Shown: positions 1-8,197 of the stretch, in pieces
Position numbering within the stretch: the stretch's first letter is position 1
How the letters are laid out: the number at the start of each line of letters is the position of its first letter
Origin: Patescibacteria group bacterium
GTDB lineage: Bacteria > Patescibacteriota > Minisyncoccia > 2-02-FULL-40-12 > GWA2-44-9
DNA length: 48,558 nt
Assembly: GCA_038065515.1 (NCBI GenBank)
Contig: JBBTQV010000047.1
Span: 1 to 48,558, forward strand
Reading direction: 5' to 3'
The notes under the pieces: generated by a model
The model's database searches: none
The model's input: the letters and a program-made list of their open reading frames with translations, nothing else
What the model was told of the DNA's origin: nothing
Position numbers and translations under genes: made by a program

Positions 1-54
1 TCGAGCGATTTTCGCTCGAAAAAGGTTCGAGCTTCGTTCAGCAATTGCGACAAA

Positions 55-225
55 ATGATCGGAAAAAAAATTATTGCCGTTCTCCTGATAGTGCTCGGTC
101 TTCTGGCACTTTTCACACCGTTCACGCCCGGGTCGTGGCTCGTATTCATCGGCGCAGAATTGCTGGGCATACGATTGTTATCGCAGAAGAGGCTCCACAC
201 ATGGTGGAACCGACTGCGTGGTTGA
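55..225 (+). CDS. small (56 aa) two-helix membrane protein, PGPGW-like motif
   Basis: ATG at 55, TGA at 223-225. The translation MIGKKIIAVLLIVLGLLALFTPFTPGSWLVFIGAELLGIRLLSQKRLHTWWNRLRG is hydrophobic and more protein-like than the Arg-rich track ORF 45..239 (TTG start) in another frame. Confidence 0.35.
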   Translation: MIGKKIIAVLLIVLGLLALFTPFTPGSWLVFIGAELLGIRLLSQKRLHTWWNRLRG

Positions 226-244
226 TTTCGATGCACTAAAAGGT

Positions 245-808
245 ATGGACGGATTTACCACATCACTTATCGTCATCGGGTATCGGCTGCTATTGCCGCT
301 GACCATTCTGCGATGGCCATTGGGCGGCTACATCGCCGCAATGCTCGCGGATGCATCGGACGCGATGGTATTCGAGGTAACGGGCTGGGGACTTTTTTCC
401 GGTAGCATCGGATACTCGCATTGGGACAAAGGACTGGATATATGGTACCTCCTGTTTGGCTTGTTGGCAGTACGCAAGTATTGGACCGAGCCGCTGGCAC
501 GCAAAACCGCCCACTGGTTGTTCGGGTGGCGCGCGCTTGGTGTCGCTACCTATTTCTTCTGGCCGCATCGCGTAGTGTTTTTGCTTGCACCGAGTATCTT
601 CGAAAATTTCTATCTGCTCTGGACCGTCATCAGAAAATGGCGGCCCTCCTTCGCCAAGGCTTCGGAGGGCAAGCCCTCAAAGATCGCGGCGGTTGTGTTG
701 CTAGCGGGGATCCCCAAGTTTATCCAAGAATACCTGATGCACTACCAATATGTGGATCAGACCTGGAACTTCTTCCGCGACCATCTCTTCTGGTGGATAT
801 ACCGATGA
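245..808 (+). CDS. hypothetical polytopic membrane protein
   Basis: Track ORF 218..808 starts at GTG; the first ATG is at 245. Several hydrophobic Trp/Tyr-rich segments. No family recognised. Confidence 0.6.
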   Translation: MDGFTTSLIVIGYRLLLPLTILRWPLGGYIAAMLADASDAMVFEVTGWGLFSGSIGYSHWDKGLDIWYLLFGLLAVRKYWTEPLARKTAHWLFGWRALGVATYFFWPHRVVFLLAPSIFENFYLLWTVIRKWRPSFAKASEGKPSKIAAVVLLAGIPKFIQEYLMHYQYVDQTWNFFRDHLFWWIYR

Positions 809-814
809 TGCATC

Positions 815-835
815 AAAAAATCCCGTGAGGGATTT
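815..835. terminator. bidirectional intrinsic terminator hairpin
   Basis: Stem aaatccc / loop gtga / stem gggattt. Flanked by an A-run on the left (a U-tract on the minus strand) and tttctt on the right. Confidence 0.6.
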
Positions 836-985
836 CTTGATGGCCCGGTCAGATTCCGCATAAGCAACTCAGCAGTTTGCTGGTATTGGAGGCCGCACTC
901 CCGACAGTTCAAGCCATCGGGACTGATATAGGCCGCCCTGGTGCAAAGAGTTGTCCTAAGGCTTATACGGAAATGATCGAGCTGT
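815..985 (-). ncRNA. candidate ~170 nt structured small RNA or long ndk 3' UTR
   Basis: Minus-strand TTGCGC-N16-TACAAT (1012-1017 / 990-995) lies just after the ndk stop. A 12-bp closing stem pairs 961-972 with 854-865; it holds a G.U pair only on the minus strand and would be C.A on plus. Inner hairpins are present. Ends at the U-tract terminator 815-835. Confidence 0.3.
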
Positions 986-1025
986 CTTCATTGTACCGCC
1001 GCTCCGGACGCGCGCAAGCACAGCG

Positions 1026-1529
1026 CTACCGGTCTTCCCGCAGGGTCATTTTTGTGTAGCCGGGCTTGTGCGAGACGAGCTCTTCGGGTTTGAACCAGAC
1101 CGCAATTTCCGCCGCCGCGTTCTCGGGAGAATCGGATGCGTGCACCAGATTGAACACGCCGATTTTCTTTTCGTCGGCGTACCGGTAGCTGATATGGGCA
1201 AAATCCCCGCGGATAGTTCCCGGCGCCGCCGCTTTGGGTTCGGTTGCTCCGATCATCTTGCGCACCACTTCGATGATGTCGATTCCCTCCCACACCATCG
1301 CGACAATGGGCCCCATGGCCAGCATCTGAATCATCAGGTCTCTGACATGCTCGCCGCGGCGCTTGGCGAGGTCTTCGGTGTAATGCTTCTTGGCGGTATC
1401 TTCCTGACTCACCAACAGCTTCATGCCGACGAGTTTTGCACCGACGCGTTCAAAGCGGGCGATGATTTCGCCGACAATGCCGCGGTCAACCGCGTCCGGC
1501 TTCAGTAACACAAGTGTCCGTTCAAGCAT
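1026..1529 (-). CDS. ndk: nucleoside diphosphate kinase
   Basis: LVLLKPDAV, GATEP..A.PGTIRGDF and NLVHASDS (active-site His) motifs. Overlaps the comEC stop by 8 nt. Confidence 0.95.
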   Translation of the reverse strand: MLERTLVLLKPDAVDRGIVGEIIARFERVGAKLVGMKLLVSQEDTAKKHYTEDLAKRRGEHVRDLMIQMLAMGPIVAMVWEGIDIIEVVRKMIGATEPKAAAPGTIRGDFAHISYRYADEKKIGVFNLVHASDSPENAAAEIAVWFKPEELVSHKPGYTKMTLREDR

Positions 1530-3045
1530 GGGTATTTGTTATTCGTTTTGCCTGTCCACGATACACAGAAAACAACCACACAGCAAGCGCTGCGTAGAGT
1601 GCGAACATGAGCGCGGGAGAGATGCGGACTTCCAGAGCCGCGTACGGAAGATATGCGAAGAAACGGATGACGGTGAGCTGGTATGCCGCGACCAGCCAAG
1701 CGGATTGCCCCACCAGTGCGCCCAAGAACGGCCAGAGCATGCCCGCAACCGCCGTTGCAAGCCCGAGTGCCATCGCGATGGGCACCAAAGGGAGCACCAA
1801 CGCATTAGCCGGAAGCGTGTATACCGCGAGCTGGCCGAAATCAAACAGTAACAGCGGGAGCACAAGCACCTGCGCCGAGAGTGTTGTCGCCAACAGCGAT
1901 GCCAGCGGTTTGAATCTAAACCACCGTTCAAATAAAGGCTGAAATAGCGGTTGCACATACACGATGCCCACCACCGCGAGAAATGATAATTGAAAACCGA
2001 CATCCCAGCGCAGCAGCATCGGATTGAACCAGCACATCACTGCCGCCGACAAGAGGATTGCCGTTCCCATATCCTGTGCACGGCCAAGTTGCCGTGCGGT
2101 AAGCACCAACACGCCCATAAGCGCGGCGCGCACAACTGATGCGGTGCCGCCCACCAACAGTACGAATAGCACGATACCCGCAACGGCGAGCCAGTATGCG
2201 CGTCTTTTCCCCAGCGGCGCCAAAAGCGACATCAAAACCGCCGCAACAATCGTGATATTGTATCCCGAGATTGCGAGAATATGGCTCGTCCCCGTACGCG
2301 AAAACTCGTCTTTGATTTCCTGACTCACCACGCCTTTTGCGCCGACGAGAATACCCGCCAGATACGATGCCATCGGTTGCGGCACCGCACGGGCGATGCT
2401 GTCGGTCACACCAATACGCACCGTTGCCATCGAAGCTCCGAACCACAATCGTGCCTTCATGTACCACGGAAGATTCAAGTCGGTCGGGACACTGTATTTC
2501 GGAAAATACATCGTCGCGTGCACGCCGTCTTTCGCCAGATACGATACATAATCAAAATCATCAAAACTCGTCGGCCGTTGAAGTTTTCCGTCAAGCACCA
2601 GCACCTGACCTTGGCGCGGTTTAATCCAATCGGGCCCCGACACTAATACACGGTCGTTCATTGCAATCACCGAATCTGCCGTCTGCACCCGAAGCACGCG
2701 AAATGCATAGCGCCCGCCGTTCTTTGTGGGTTCGAAATCGCCGTCGACATATCCGACCAGCAACGCCTTCGGTTTCGAACCGGCTATTTCCCACAATAAC
2801 GAGGGTACTGCAAATGCGTTGTTTGCATGCCACATACCGACGGTCACGGTCAGAAGAAGCACGCCGAGAATAATAGCGATGCGCCGTCGCACGAGAAGCA
2901 CAGATGCACCGACAAACACCAGCGCCCACAGCCACACCGTTCCGACCACAACAAAAGACGCAGCGGCGATTCCGCAGAGCAAACCGACACATCCCAACAG
3001 CAACAACGAAGACCGGTGCATGCAGGCCACGGTAACAGGTTGCAC
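1522..3045 (-). CDS. comEC: ComEC/Rec2 DNA internalisation channel (no metallo-beta-lactamase domain)
   Basis: 507 aa polytopic membrane protein with an N-terminal OB-like region and a Competence-domain pattern (SHILAISGYNITIV, GGTASVVRAALMG). An alternative start is at Met9 (3021). Confidence 0.85.
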   Translation of the reverse strand: MQPVTVACMHRSSLLLLGCVGLLCGIAAASFVVVGTVWLWALVFVGASVLLVRRRIAIILGVLLLTVTVGMWHANNAFAVPSLLWEIAGSKPKALLVGYVDGDFEPTKNGGRYAFRVLRVQTADSVIAMNDRVLVSGPDWIKPRQGQVLVLDGKLQRPTSFDDFDYVSYLAKDGVHATMYFPKYSVPTDLNLPWYMKARLWFGASMATVRIGVTDSIARAVPQPMASYLAGILVGAKGVVSQEIKDEFSRTGTSHILAISGYNITIVAAVLMSLLAPLGKRRAYWLAVAGIVLFVLLVGGTASVVRAALMGVLVLTARQLGRAQDMGTAILLSAAVMCWFNPMLLRWDVGFQLSFLAVVGIVYVQPLFQPLFERWFRFKPLASLLATTLSAQVLVLPLLLFDFGQLAVYTLPANALVLPLVPIAMALGLATAVAGMLWPFLGALVGQSAWLVAAYQLTVIRFFAYLPYAALEVRISPALMFALYAALAVWLFSVYRGQAKRITNTHA

Positions 3046-3056
3046 AAAGCGCGCAA

Positions 3057-3089
3057 CAAAAAGAGGCGAGGACGGATGTCCTCGCCTCT
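3057..3089 (-). terminator. intrinsic terminator 12 nt upstream of the comEC start
   Basis: 12-bp stem agaggcgaggac / gtcctcgcctct with loop ggat, followed on the minus strand by UUUUU. Confidence 0.6.
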
Positions 3090-3105
3090 ACGGTCGGAGC
3101 CGGAA

Positions 3106-3216
3106 CTACTCGCGGGGCCGGTGCTTCGGGTTCAGGCAGGGACCCGAACTCTTGAACCAGCAGTTCACGAAGCCGCTTGCCTCACACGCTAGGAAAGTGA
3201 ACCAAGTGCTGCGCAT
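3106..3216 (-). CDS. candidate 36-aa leader peptide or micro-ORF (MRSTWFTFLACEASGFVNCWFKSSGPCLNPKHRPRE)
   Basis: AGAGGAG lies 5 nt upstream of the ATG at 3216; TAG at 3106-3108. The ORF sits between a sigma70-like promoter and the terminator. It is below the ORF-track length cutoff. Confidence 0.3.
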   Translation of the reverse strand: MRSTWFTFLACEASGFVNCWFKSSGPCLNPKHRPRE

Positions 3217-3255
3217 ATATGCTCCTCTGGCCGGAACCTATCCGGTAGTATGTAT

Positions 3256-3284
3256 AGTTTAGCACATCGGTCTATATCTGTCAA
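3256..3284 (-). promoter_or_regulatory. sigma70-like promoter TTGACA-N17-TAAACT
   Basis: Reverse complement of 3279-3284 is TTGACA and of 3256-3261 is TAAACT, with an exact 17-nt spacer. Lies directly after the stop of the upstream gene. Confidence 0.45.
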
Positions 3285-3297
3285 GCGCTCCCGCGGC

Positions 3298-3687
3298 TCA
3301 TTCGGGGAGCCGTTCGGATGCGGGGCGTCGGAAGATGAAGAACTGCCACAAGCTGTACGCGATGAAGAGAAGGGCTATCCAGCGTTCAGGAGATGGCTGA
3401 CCGGAGAAAATGCGGATGCCAGCGAATGCGTTGAGCGCCGAGGCCAGCGCGAACCACCACGGACGGATGTGCATCGGCCCTCCGATGAGACCCCATGCCG
3501 CCCAGAACGCAAACAGAAAAGTGAGGTAGGCGCTTGAGAGAAACATCTCGGACGAGATGCCCGGACGCCACAACAAGTATGCGAACCAGAAAGACAAAAT
3601 CCAGAACGCCGGCCCGCACAGCACTGACATCGCCAACAGTCCCCGGCTGATGGACTTCGCAATCCATTCGATTGCATCACCAATCAT
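3298..3687 (-). CDS. hypothetical 4-TM membrane protein
   Basis: Track ORF 3298..3741 starts at TTG. The ATG at 3687 is preceded by GGGGGA. Hydrophobic and Trp-rich. Confidence 0.55.
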   Translation of the reverse strand: MIGDAIEWIAKSISRGLLAMSVLCGPAFWILSFWFAYLLWRPGISSEMFLSSAYLTFLFAFWAAWGLIGGPMHIRPWWFALASALNAFAGIRIFSGQPSPERWIALLFIAYSLWQFFIFRRPASERLPE

Positions 3688-3743
3688 AATTCCCCCTGTA
3701 AAGAACAGGATTGGTGTACCACACAAAAGACATCCCCACAAGA

Positions 3744-6590
3744 CTAATTACAAACGCCTGTCGTGAAGAAACAATTAGGGCACGAGTAGCACGACCCCGC
3801 CTTGAACATCAGCGTCCCGCACTGGCACACGGGTGCATCCGCATTTGTTGCGGTAAGCGCCTGCCTGCCGGTAGGCATGGTGTGCGGCGCAACTACCGCA
3901 TCGTCGGCGACCTGCTGTGCGCGCGGCTGGCTCACCGAAACAAGTTCAACCTGCGAGTCTCCGTGCGGGCCGCTGCCCGGCCCGAACAACTCTTCACGCT
4001 CCGAATCTTTGAGGAACCGAGTGCCAAGATACCGGAATATATAGTCGATGATGCTCTTTGCGACGGGGATGTCGGCAGTGTTGGTGAATCCGGCGGGAGC
4101 AAAACTCATATCCTTGAATTTCCGTACCAGAGTTTTCAGCGGAATGCCCGATTGCAGACACATACTCACCAGCGTCGCAATCGTGTCGAGCAATCCGGAA
4201 ACGGTGCTCCCCTCTTTTGCGGCAACGAGAAATACTTCACCGGGCTTCTTGGTATCGGGATATAACCCGACGGTCATGTATCCCTCATATCCGCCCACCG
4301 AAAACTTGTGCGTCAGTGCGGGCCGCTCATCGGGCAAATGAATACGGGTATACCCATTAATCTTTTCCACCAGTTCTGCCGATGCAGTTTTCGTTTCCTG
4401 CTTTTCCTTTTCTTTTTCTTTGCTCGTACTCAACGGCTGAACGCCTTTGGAGCCATCACGGTAGATCGCGATGGCCTTCAGGCCCAGTTTCCAGCCCTGC
4501 ATGAATGCATCGTAGACATCGTCAACCGTCGCCGCGTTGGGCATGTTGATGGTCTTGGAGATTGCACCGGAAATGAACGGCTGTGCCGCCGCCATCATGC
4601 GCAGGTGACCCATATACCCGATGCTGCGTGTACCTTTTGATGCCTTGAATGAGCAGTCGAAAACCGGCAGATGTTCTTCTGTAAGATGAGGAGCTCCTTC
4701 GATGGTTTCGTGTTCGATGAGATATTCCCCGATTGCTTTCACCTGCTCCGCGTCGTATCCAAGATTCGCTAGAGCGGCGGGCACCTGCGAATTCACTAAT
4801 TTCAAGACGCCTCCCCCCACAAGTTTTTTGTACTTGATAAGCGCGAGTTCCGGCTCGATGCCGGTGGTAGCGCAGTCCATCATGAACGCGATAGTGCCGG
4901 TCGGAGCCAGTACCGTGACCTGCGAATTGCGCACGCCATACTCACGGGCGAGCTCGAGCGCTTCATGCCACGCGACACGCGATGCGGCCTGTAAGCTGCG
5001 GTCGCCTGCGCCGGCCGACTGTGCGCGCTCGTACAGCGAGTCGGCCTGAACGCGGTGCATATCGATAACCGAGAGCTGGGGGTCGCGGTTTGCAGAGTAC
5101 CCCGCGTACGGTCCCTTCACATCGGCGATGAGTGCGCTCATGCGGTACGCCTGCCCGCACATCAACGAAGTAATCTGCCCGGCGGTCAGCAATCCTTTCT
5201 CGCCGTCGTAGGGCAAGCCCATCGCCATCAGAAGTGCACCTAGGTTCGCGTAACCCAGTCCAAGCTCGCGGAAATCGTGCGCGTTCTGTGTGATTTTTTC
5301 GGTAGGGTAGCTTGAGTAGCCGACGATGATTTCCTGCGCCATAATCATCGTGTCCACAGCACGGCGGAACAGGTGCGTATCGAACGAACCGTCCGGTCGC
5401 AGGAATTTGAGAAGGTTCAGCGATGCGAGATTGCAGGCGCTGTTGTCCAGGTGCATGTATTCACTGCACGGATTCGACGCGTTAATGCGGCCGGTGTTGG
5501 CGGCGGTGTTCCAGCGGTTAATGGTAGTGTCGTACTGCATGCCGGGGTCGGCGCTGTCGTGTGCCGCATCGGCAATCCACTGCATGACTTCGCGGGCACG
5601 GACTGTCTCCAGCGTTTTGCCCGTCGTCACCGCTTTGAACTCCCATATCCCGTCCTGTTCAACCGCTTGCATAAACTCGTCGGTCACCCGCACTGAATTG
5701 TTCGCATTCTGATACGGCAGAAGCGTGTAGGGTGAGAACAAATCACCGTCGAGTGAATTGGCGATGCCCGATGCCTCAAGCGCCTTGGAATATTGTTCAA
5801 TGACTTTTTTACAGTTGATGAAATCTTTCAGGTCCGGGTGGTCCACATTCATGACTACCATCTTTGCCGCGCGACGCGTCGTGCCGCCCGAACGAATGGT
5901 GTTTGCTACGCCGTCGGCGCCTTTCATGAATGAGACGGGACCGGACGAGAAACCGCCCTTGGACAACGGCTCGCGGCTGGAACGGAGCTTAGAAACGCTC
6001 AATCCCGCGCCCGAACCGCCCTTAAAAATCATGCCCTCATCGCGGTACCACTCCATGATGGATTTCATATTGTCTTCCACGGACAGAATAAAACACGCCG
6101 AGCACTGCGGTTTGTCATAGACGCCGACATTGAACCACACGGGCGAATTGAACGATGCGTACTGATTCACGAGCAGCCAGGTCAGGTCTTCGGTGTACCG
6201 CTCCGCATCGTCAGCCGAAGCAAAATAGTTTCCCTTGGTGCCCCAGAATCCGATGGACTTTGCGACCCGGTCTATCATCTGCCGTACACTGCCCTCGCGT
6301 TCGGGAGTGCCGAGCTGACCACGAAAATATTTGCTGGCAACGATGTCGGTTGCCGTCTGCGACCAGAACGAGGGTACTTCGATATTGAGCTGCTCGAACA
6401 CCACGGTACCGTCTGACTTGGTGATGCGTGCATCACGCCGCTCCCAATGTATCTCATCGTACGGATGCGCCGAACCGAACAAACGCTCCCAGTTGAACCC
6501 GGATTTTTTTCGCTCGTGCGCACGATTGTGTTCATGGGTACCATCGGCGTTCTGAAGATGAGTACGGGATTGCGGCGGCGTGATGTCCAT
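3744..6590 (-). CDS. nrdJ: class II (adenosylcobalamin-dependent) ribonucleotide reductase
   Basis: Typical NrdJ blocks (WSQTATDIVASKYFRG, NPCSEYMHLDNSACNLASLNL, GLGYANLGALLM, ISKTINMP) and a C-terminal CxxC...CxxC tail. The track ORF runs to 6725, but a promoter-like site at 6697-6725 favours the Met at 6590. Confidence 0.9.
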   Translation of the reverse strand: MDITPPQSRTHLQNADGTHEHNRAHERKKSGFNWERLFGSAHPYDEIHWERRDARITKSDGTVVFEQLNIEVPSFWSQTATDIVASKYFRGQLGTPEREGSVRQMIDRVAKSIGFWGTKGNYFASADDAERYTEDLTWLLVNQYASFNSPVWFNVGVYDKPQCSACFILSVEDNMKSIMEWYRDEGMIFKGGSGAGLSVSKLRSSREPLSKGGFSSGPVSFMKGADGVANTIRSGGTTRRAAKMVVMNVDHPDLKDFINCKKVIEQYSKALEASGIANSLDGDLFSPYTLLPYQNANNSVRVTDEFMQAVEQDGIWEFKAVTTGKTLETVRAREVMQWIADAAHDSADPGMQYDTTINRWNTAANTGRINASNPCSEYMHLDNSACNLASLNLLKFLRPDGSFDTHLFRRAVDTMIMAQEIIVGYSSYPTEKITQNAHDFRELGLGYANLGALLMAMGLPYDGEKGLLTAGQITSLMCGQAYRMSALIADVKGPYAGYSANRDPQLSVIDMHRVQADSLYERAQSAGAGDRSLQAASRVAWHEALELAREYGVRNSQVTVLAPTGTIAFMMDCATTGIEPELALIKYKKLVGGGVLKLVNSQVPAALANLGYDAEQVKAIGEYLIEHETIEGAPHLTEEHLPVFDCSFKASKGTRSIGYMGHLRMMAAAQPFISGAISKTINMPNAATVDDVYDAFMQGWKLGLKAIAIYRDGSKGVQPLSTSKEKEKEKQETKTASAELVEKINGYTRIHLPDERPALTHKFSVGGYEGYMTVGLYPDTKKPGEVFLVAAKEGSTVSGLLDTIATLVSMCLQSGIPLKTLVRKFKDMSFAPAGFTNTADIPVAKSIIDYIFRYLGTRFLKDSEREELFGPGSGPHGDSQVELVSVSQPRAQQVADDAVVAPHTMPTGRQALTATNADAPVCQCGTLMFKAGSCYSCPNCFFTTGVCN

Positions 6591-6696
6591 CGGCCATGGA
6601 ATGCATTCGCCGAGGCTCACGCGCCACACCGGATTGGTGTGGCGGGGCGGCGGTATGCACTTGTGAACGGTACCCTCTACGGAGGATCGGATTCTC

Positions 6697-6725
6697 ATTG
6701 TATGGCCATTGCAGGCGACCCGCAA
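6697..6725 (-). promoter_or_regulatory. candidate nrdJ promoter TTGCGG-N17-TACAAT
   Basis: Reverse complement of 6720-6725 is TTGCGG and of 6697-6702 is TACAAT. A 9-bp hairpin (6622-6644) lies in the resulting ~100 nt leader. Confidence 0.4.
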
Positions 6726-6739
6726 TGTGGATAAAAAAT

Positions 6740-6768
6740 TTGACTTAATATCTTACGCGTGCTATATT
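6740..6768 (+). promoter_or_regulatory. sigma70-like promoter TTGACT-N17-TATATT, divergent from the nrdJ promoter
   Basis: TTGACT at 6740-6745, 17-nt spacer, TATATT at 6763-6768. Confidence 0.4.
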
Positions 6769-6791
6769 ATTTCGCGAGGAGGCTCTAGGAA

Positions 6792-6887
6792 ATGGCACAC
6801 ATCGATGAGGGGCCGGGCGAGATTCCGGCATTCGTAAAGCTGGTCATCGTCATTTTGCTGGTGTTGTCGGTAAGCACCCTTCGCTGA
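6792..6887 (+). CDS. candidate 31-aa single-TM peptide (MAHIDEGPGEIPAFVKLVIVILLVLSVSTLR)
   Basis: GAGGAGG at 6776-6782 lies 9 nt before the ATG. The hydrophobic C-terminal half is followed by a strong terminator. Confidence 0.35.
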   Translation: MAHIDEGPGEIPAFVKLVIVILLVLSVSTLR

Positions 6888-6893
6888 AAACAA

Positions 6894-6919
6894 AGCACCC
6901 GCATCGTTATGCGGGTGCT
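6894..6919. terminator. bidirectional terminator shared by the micro-ORF and ftsZ
   Basis: Stem agcacccgcat / atgcgggtgct with T-runs on both strands. Confidence 0.65.
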
Positions 6920-6931
6920 TTTCCTTTTTTA

Positions 6932-8197
6932 TTATTTCATCTTGCGGCGGATGAACGCAGGGATATCGAGATCGTAATCCTCGGCAGCCGATGGGTCGGT
7001 GATAATATCGCGGGCCGGCTGTTGCGGCGGAAGATTTTGAGATTGTGAAGGTTGCGGTGCGGAAAACGGTGGCTGCTCAGAGCGAGTCTGTTGTGCGCGC
7101 GCGGAATCTCCCCCGAAAAAGCTGATATCCGCGGCGGATGCGCGGGATGCCTGATTGGCGATGGTCGGATGTGTGGGTTGAAATCCTCCGGTGAATCCGG
7201 TTGCGATAACGGTGACCTTGATTTCGCCCTTCTTCAGTTCACCGACTTCGTCGTATCCCATGCCGAAGATGATATTGGCATCGCGATCCACATGTTGCGT
7301 GATGATGCTTGCCGCCTCCGCGATTTCCGCCATCGCCATATCTTCACCGCCGCGCATGTTCAGCAGTACGCCTTTCGCGCCCTCGATGGACACATCCAAC
7401 AGCGGCGAGTTGATGGCCTGTTTCGCCGCCTCCAATGCACGGTCATCTCCCGACGCGACGCCAATACCCATGAGCGCAGAACCGGAGTTCGCCATCACTT
7501 TCTTTACATCATTGAAATCAGCATTGATGAGGTCGTGGCGAGTGATGAGATCGGACACGCCTTGGACGCCCTGCCGCAAGACATCATCGACGATTTGGAA
7601 TGCTTCGCGGGCGGGTGTTTTGCGGTCAATGATGCTCAAAATACGGTCGTTGGGAATGACGATAATCGAATCAACTTTTTCCCGTAGAATTGAGAGTCCC
7701 TCTTCGGCGATACGCAACCTGGCGTTGCCCTCGAACATGAATGGCTTCGTAACCACCGCAACCGTAAGCGCCCCGAGCTCGCGGGCGATGTCCGCAATCA
7801 CCGGCGCCGCGCCGGTTCCCGTACCGCCTCCAAGTCCGCATGCGACGAACACCATGTCTGCGCCGCGCAGTGCCGCCTGGATATCTTCTTTGGTATCAAT
7901 CGCCGCCTGACGGCCTATTTCGGGGTTCATGCCCGCACCCAGACCGCGAGTGAGCGATTTTCCGACATGCACCTTCACCGCAGCCGCACTTGAATGCAGG
8001 GCCTGCGCATCGGTGTTGACAGCAATAAACTCGACGCCGTGAATGCGCGCCTCAATCATGCGCTGAAGCGCATTGCAACCTGAACCGCCAACGCCGACCA
8101 CCTTGAGTCGGGCAAATGTTTCAAATTGTGGTTTTACTTGGGGCATAGAGTCAATCATGAGCGGGGCTACACTTCGTTTGCCCCCTTCCTGTGTCAC
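6932..8197 (-). CDS. ftsZ: cell division GTPase FtsZ
   Basis: GVGGSGCNAL, GLGGGTGTGAAPV and NADFNDV motifs plus a disordered Q/P-rich tail ending in DIPAFIRRK. The start is ambiguous: GTG 8197, ATG 8158 or ATG 8146. Confidence 0.95.
   Translation of the reverse strand: MTQEGGKRSVAPLMIDSMPQVKPQFETFARLKVVGVGGSGCNALQRMIEARIHGVEFIAVNTDAQALHSSAAAVKVHVGKSLTRGLGAGMNPEIGRQAAIDTKEDIQAALRGADMVFVACGLGGGTGTGAAPVIADIARELGALTVAVVTKPFMFEGNARLRIAEEGLSILREKVDSIIVIPNDRILSIIDRKTPAREAFQIVDDVLRQGVQGVSDLITRHDLINADFNDVKKVMANSGSALMGIGVASGDDRALEAAKQAINSPLLDVSIEGAKGVLLNMRGGEDMAMAEIAEAASIITQHVDRDANIIFGMGYDEVGELKKGEIKVTVIATGFTGGFQPTHPTIANQASRASAADISFFGGDSARAQQTRSEQPPFSAPQPSQSQNLPPQQPARDIITDPSAAEDYDLDIPAFIRRKMK

Noticed and set aside
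1-19. Hairpin tcgagcg/cgctcga at the window edge
   Set aside because: It is followed by A's rather than T's on plus and is truncated by the window boundary, so it cannot be interpreted.
45-239. Track ORF of 64 aa (TTG start)
   Set aside because: The translation is Arg-rich and unprotein-like. The +1 frame (55-225) gives a clean hydrophobic two-helix protein instead.
3090-3255. SRP RNA, 6S, tmRNA, RNase P or a known riboswitch in the comEC upstream region
   Set aside because: I found no GGAAGCAGC-type SRP domain IV motif, no tRNA-like acceptor/T-arm, no RNase P CR-I/CR-V blocks and no c-di-GMP-like GNRA/receptor pattern. It stays an unclassified leader.
6591-6725. 45-codon N-terminal extension of nrdJ in the ORF track
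   Set aside because: The extension contains a promoter-like TTGCGG-N17-TACAAT and a leader hairpin, and its translation is unlike RNR N-termini. Similar extensions were trimmed for rmuC (25667-25912), pth (13399-13461), lepB (13354-13392) and pilB (25808-25813).
6746-6790. NrdR boxes upstream of nrdJ
   Set aside because: Only one AT-rich palindrome is present, and it fits the acaCwAtATaTwGtgt consensus poorly. No second box lies at the usual ~31 bp spacing.
7191-7910. 239-aa plus-strand ORF
   Set aside because: It is fully antisense to ftsZ. Its Ser/Ala/Pro/Met-rich low-complexity translation is typical of the reverse frame of a GC-rich gene, and it has no start signals.
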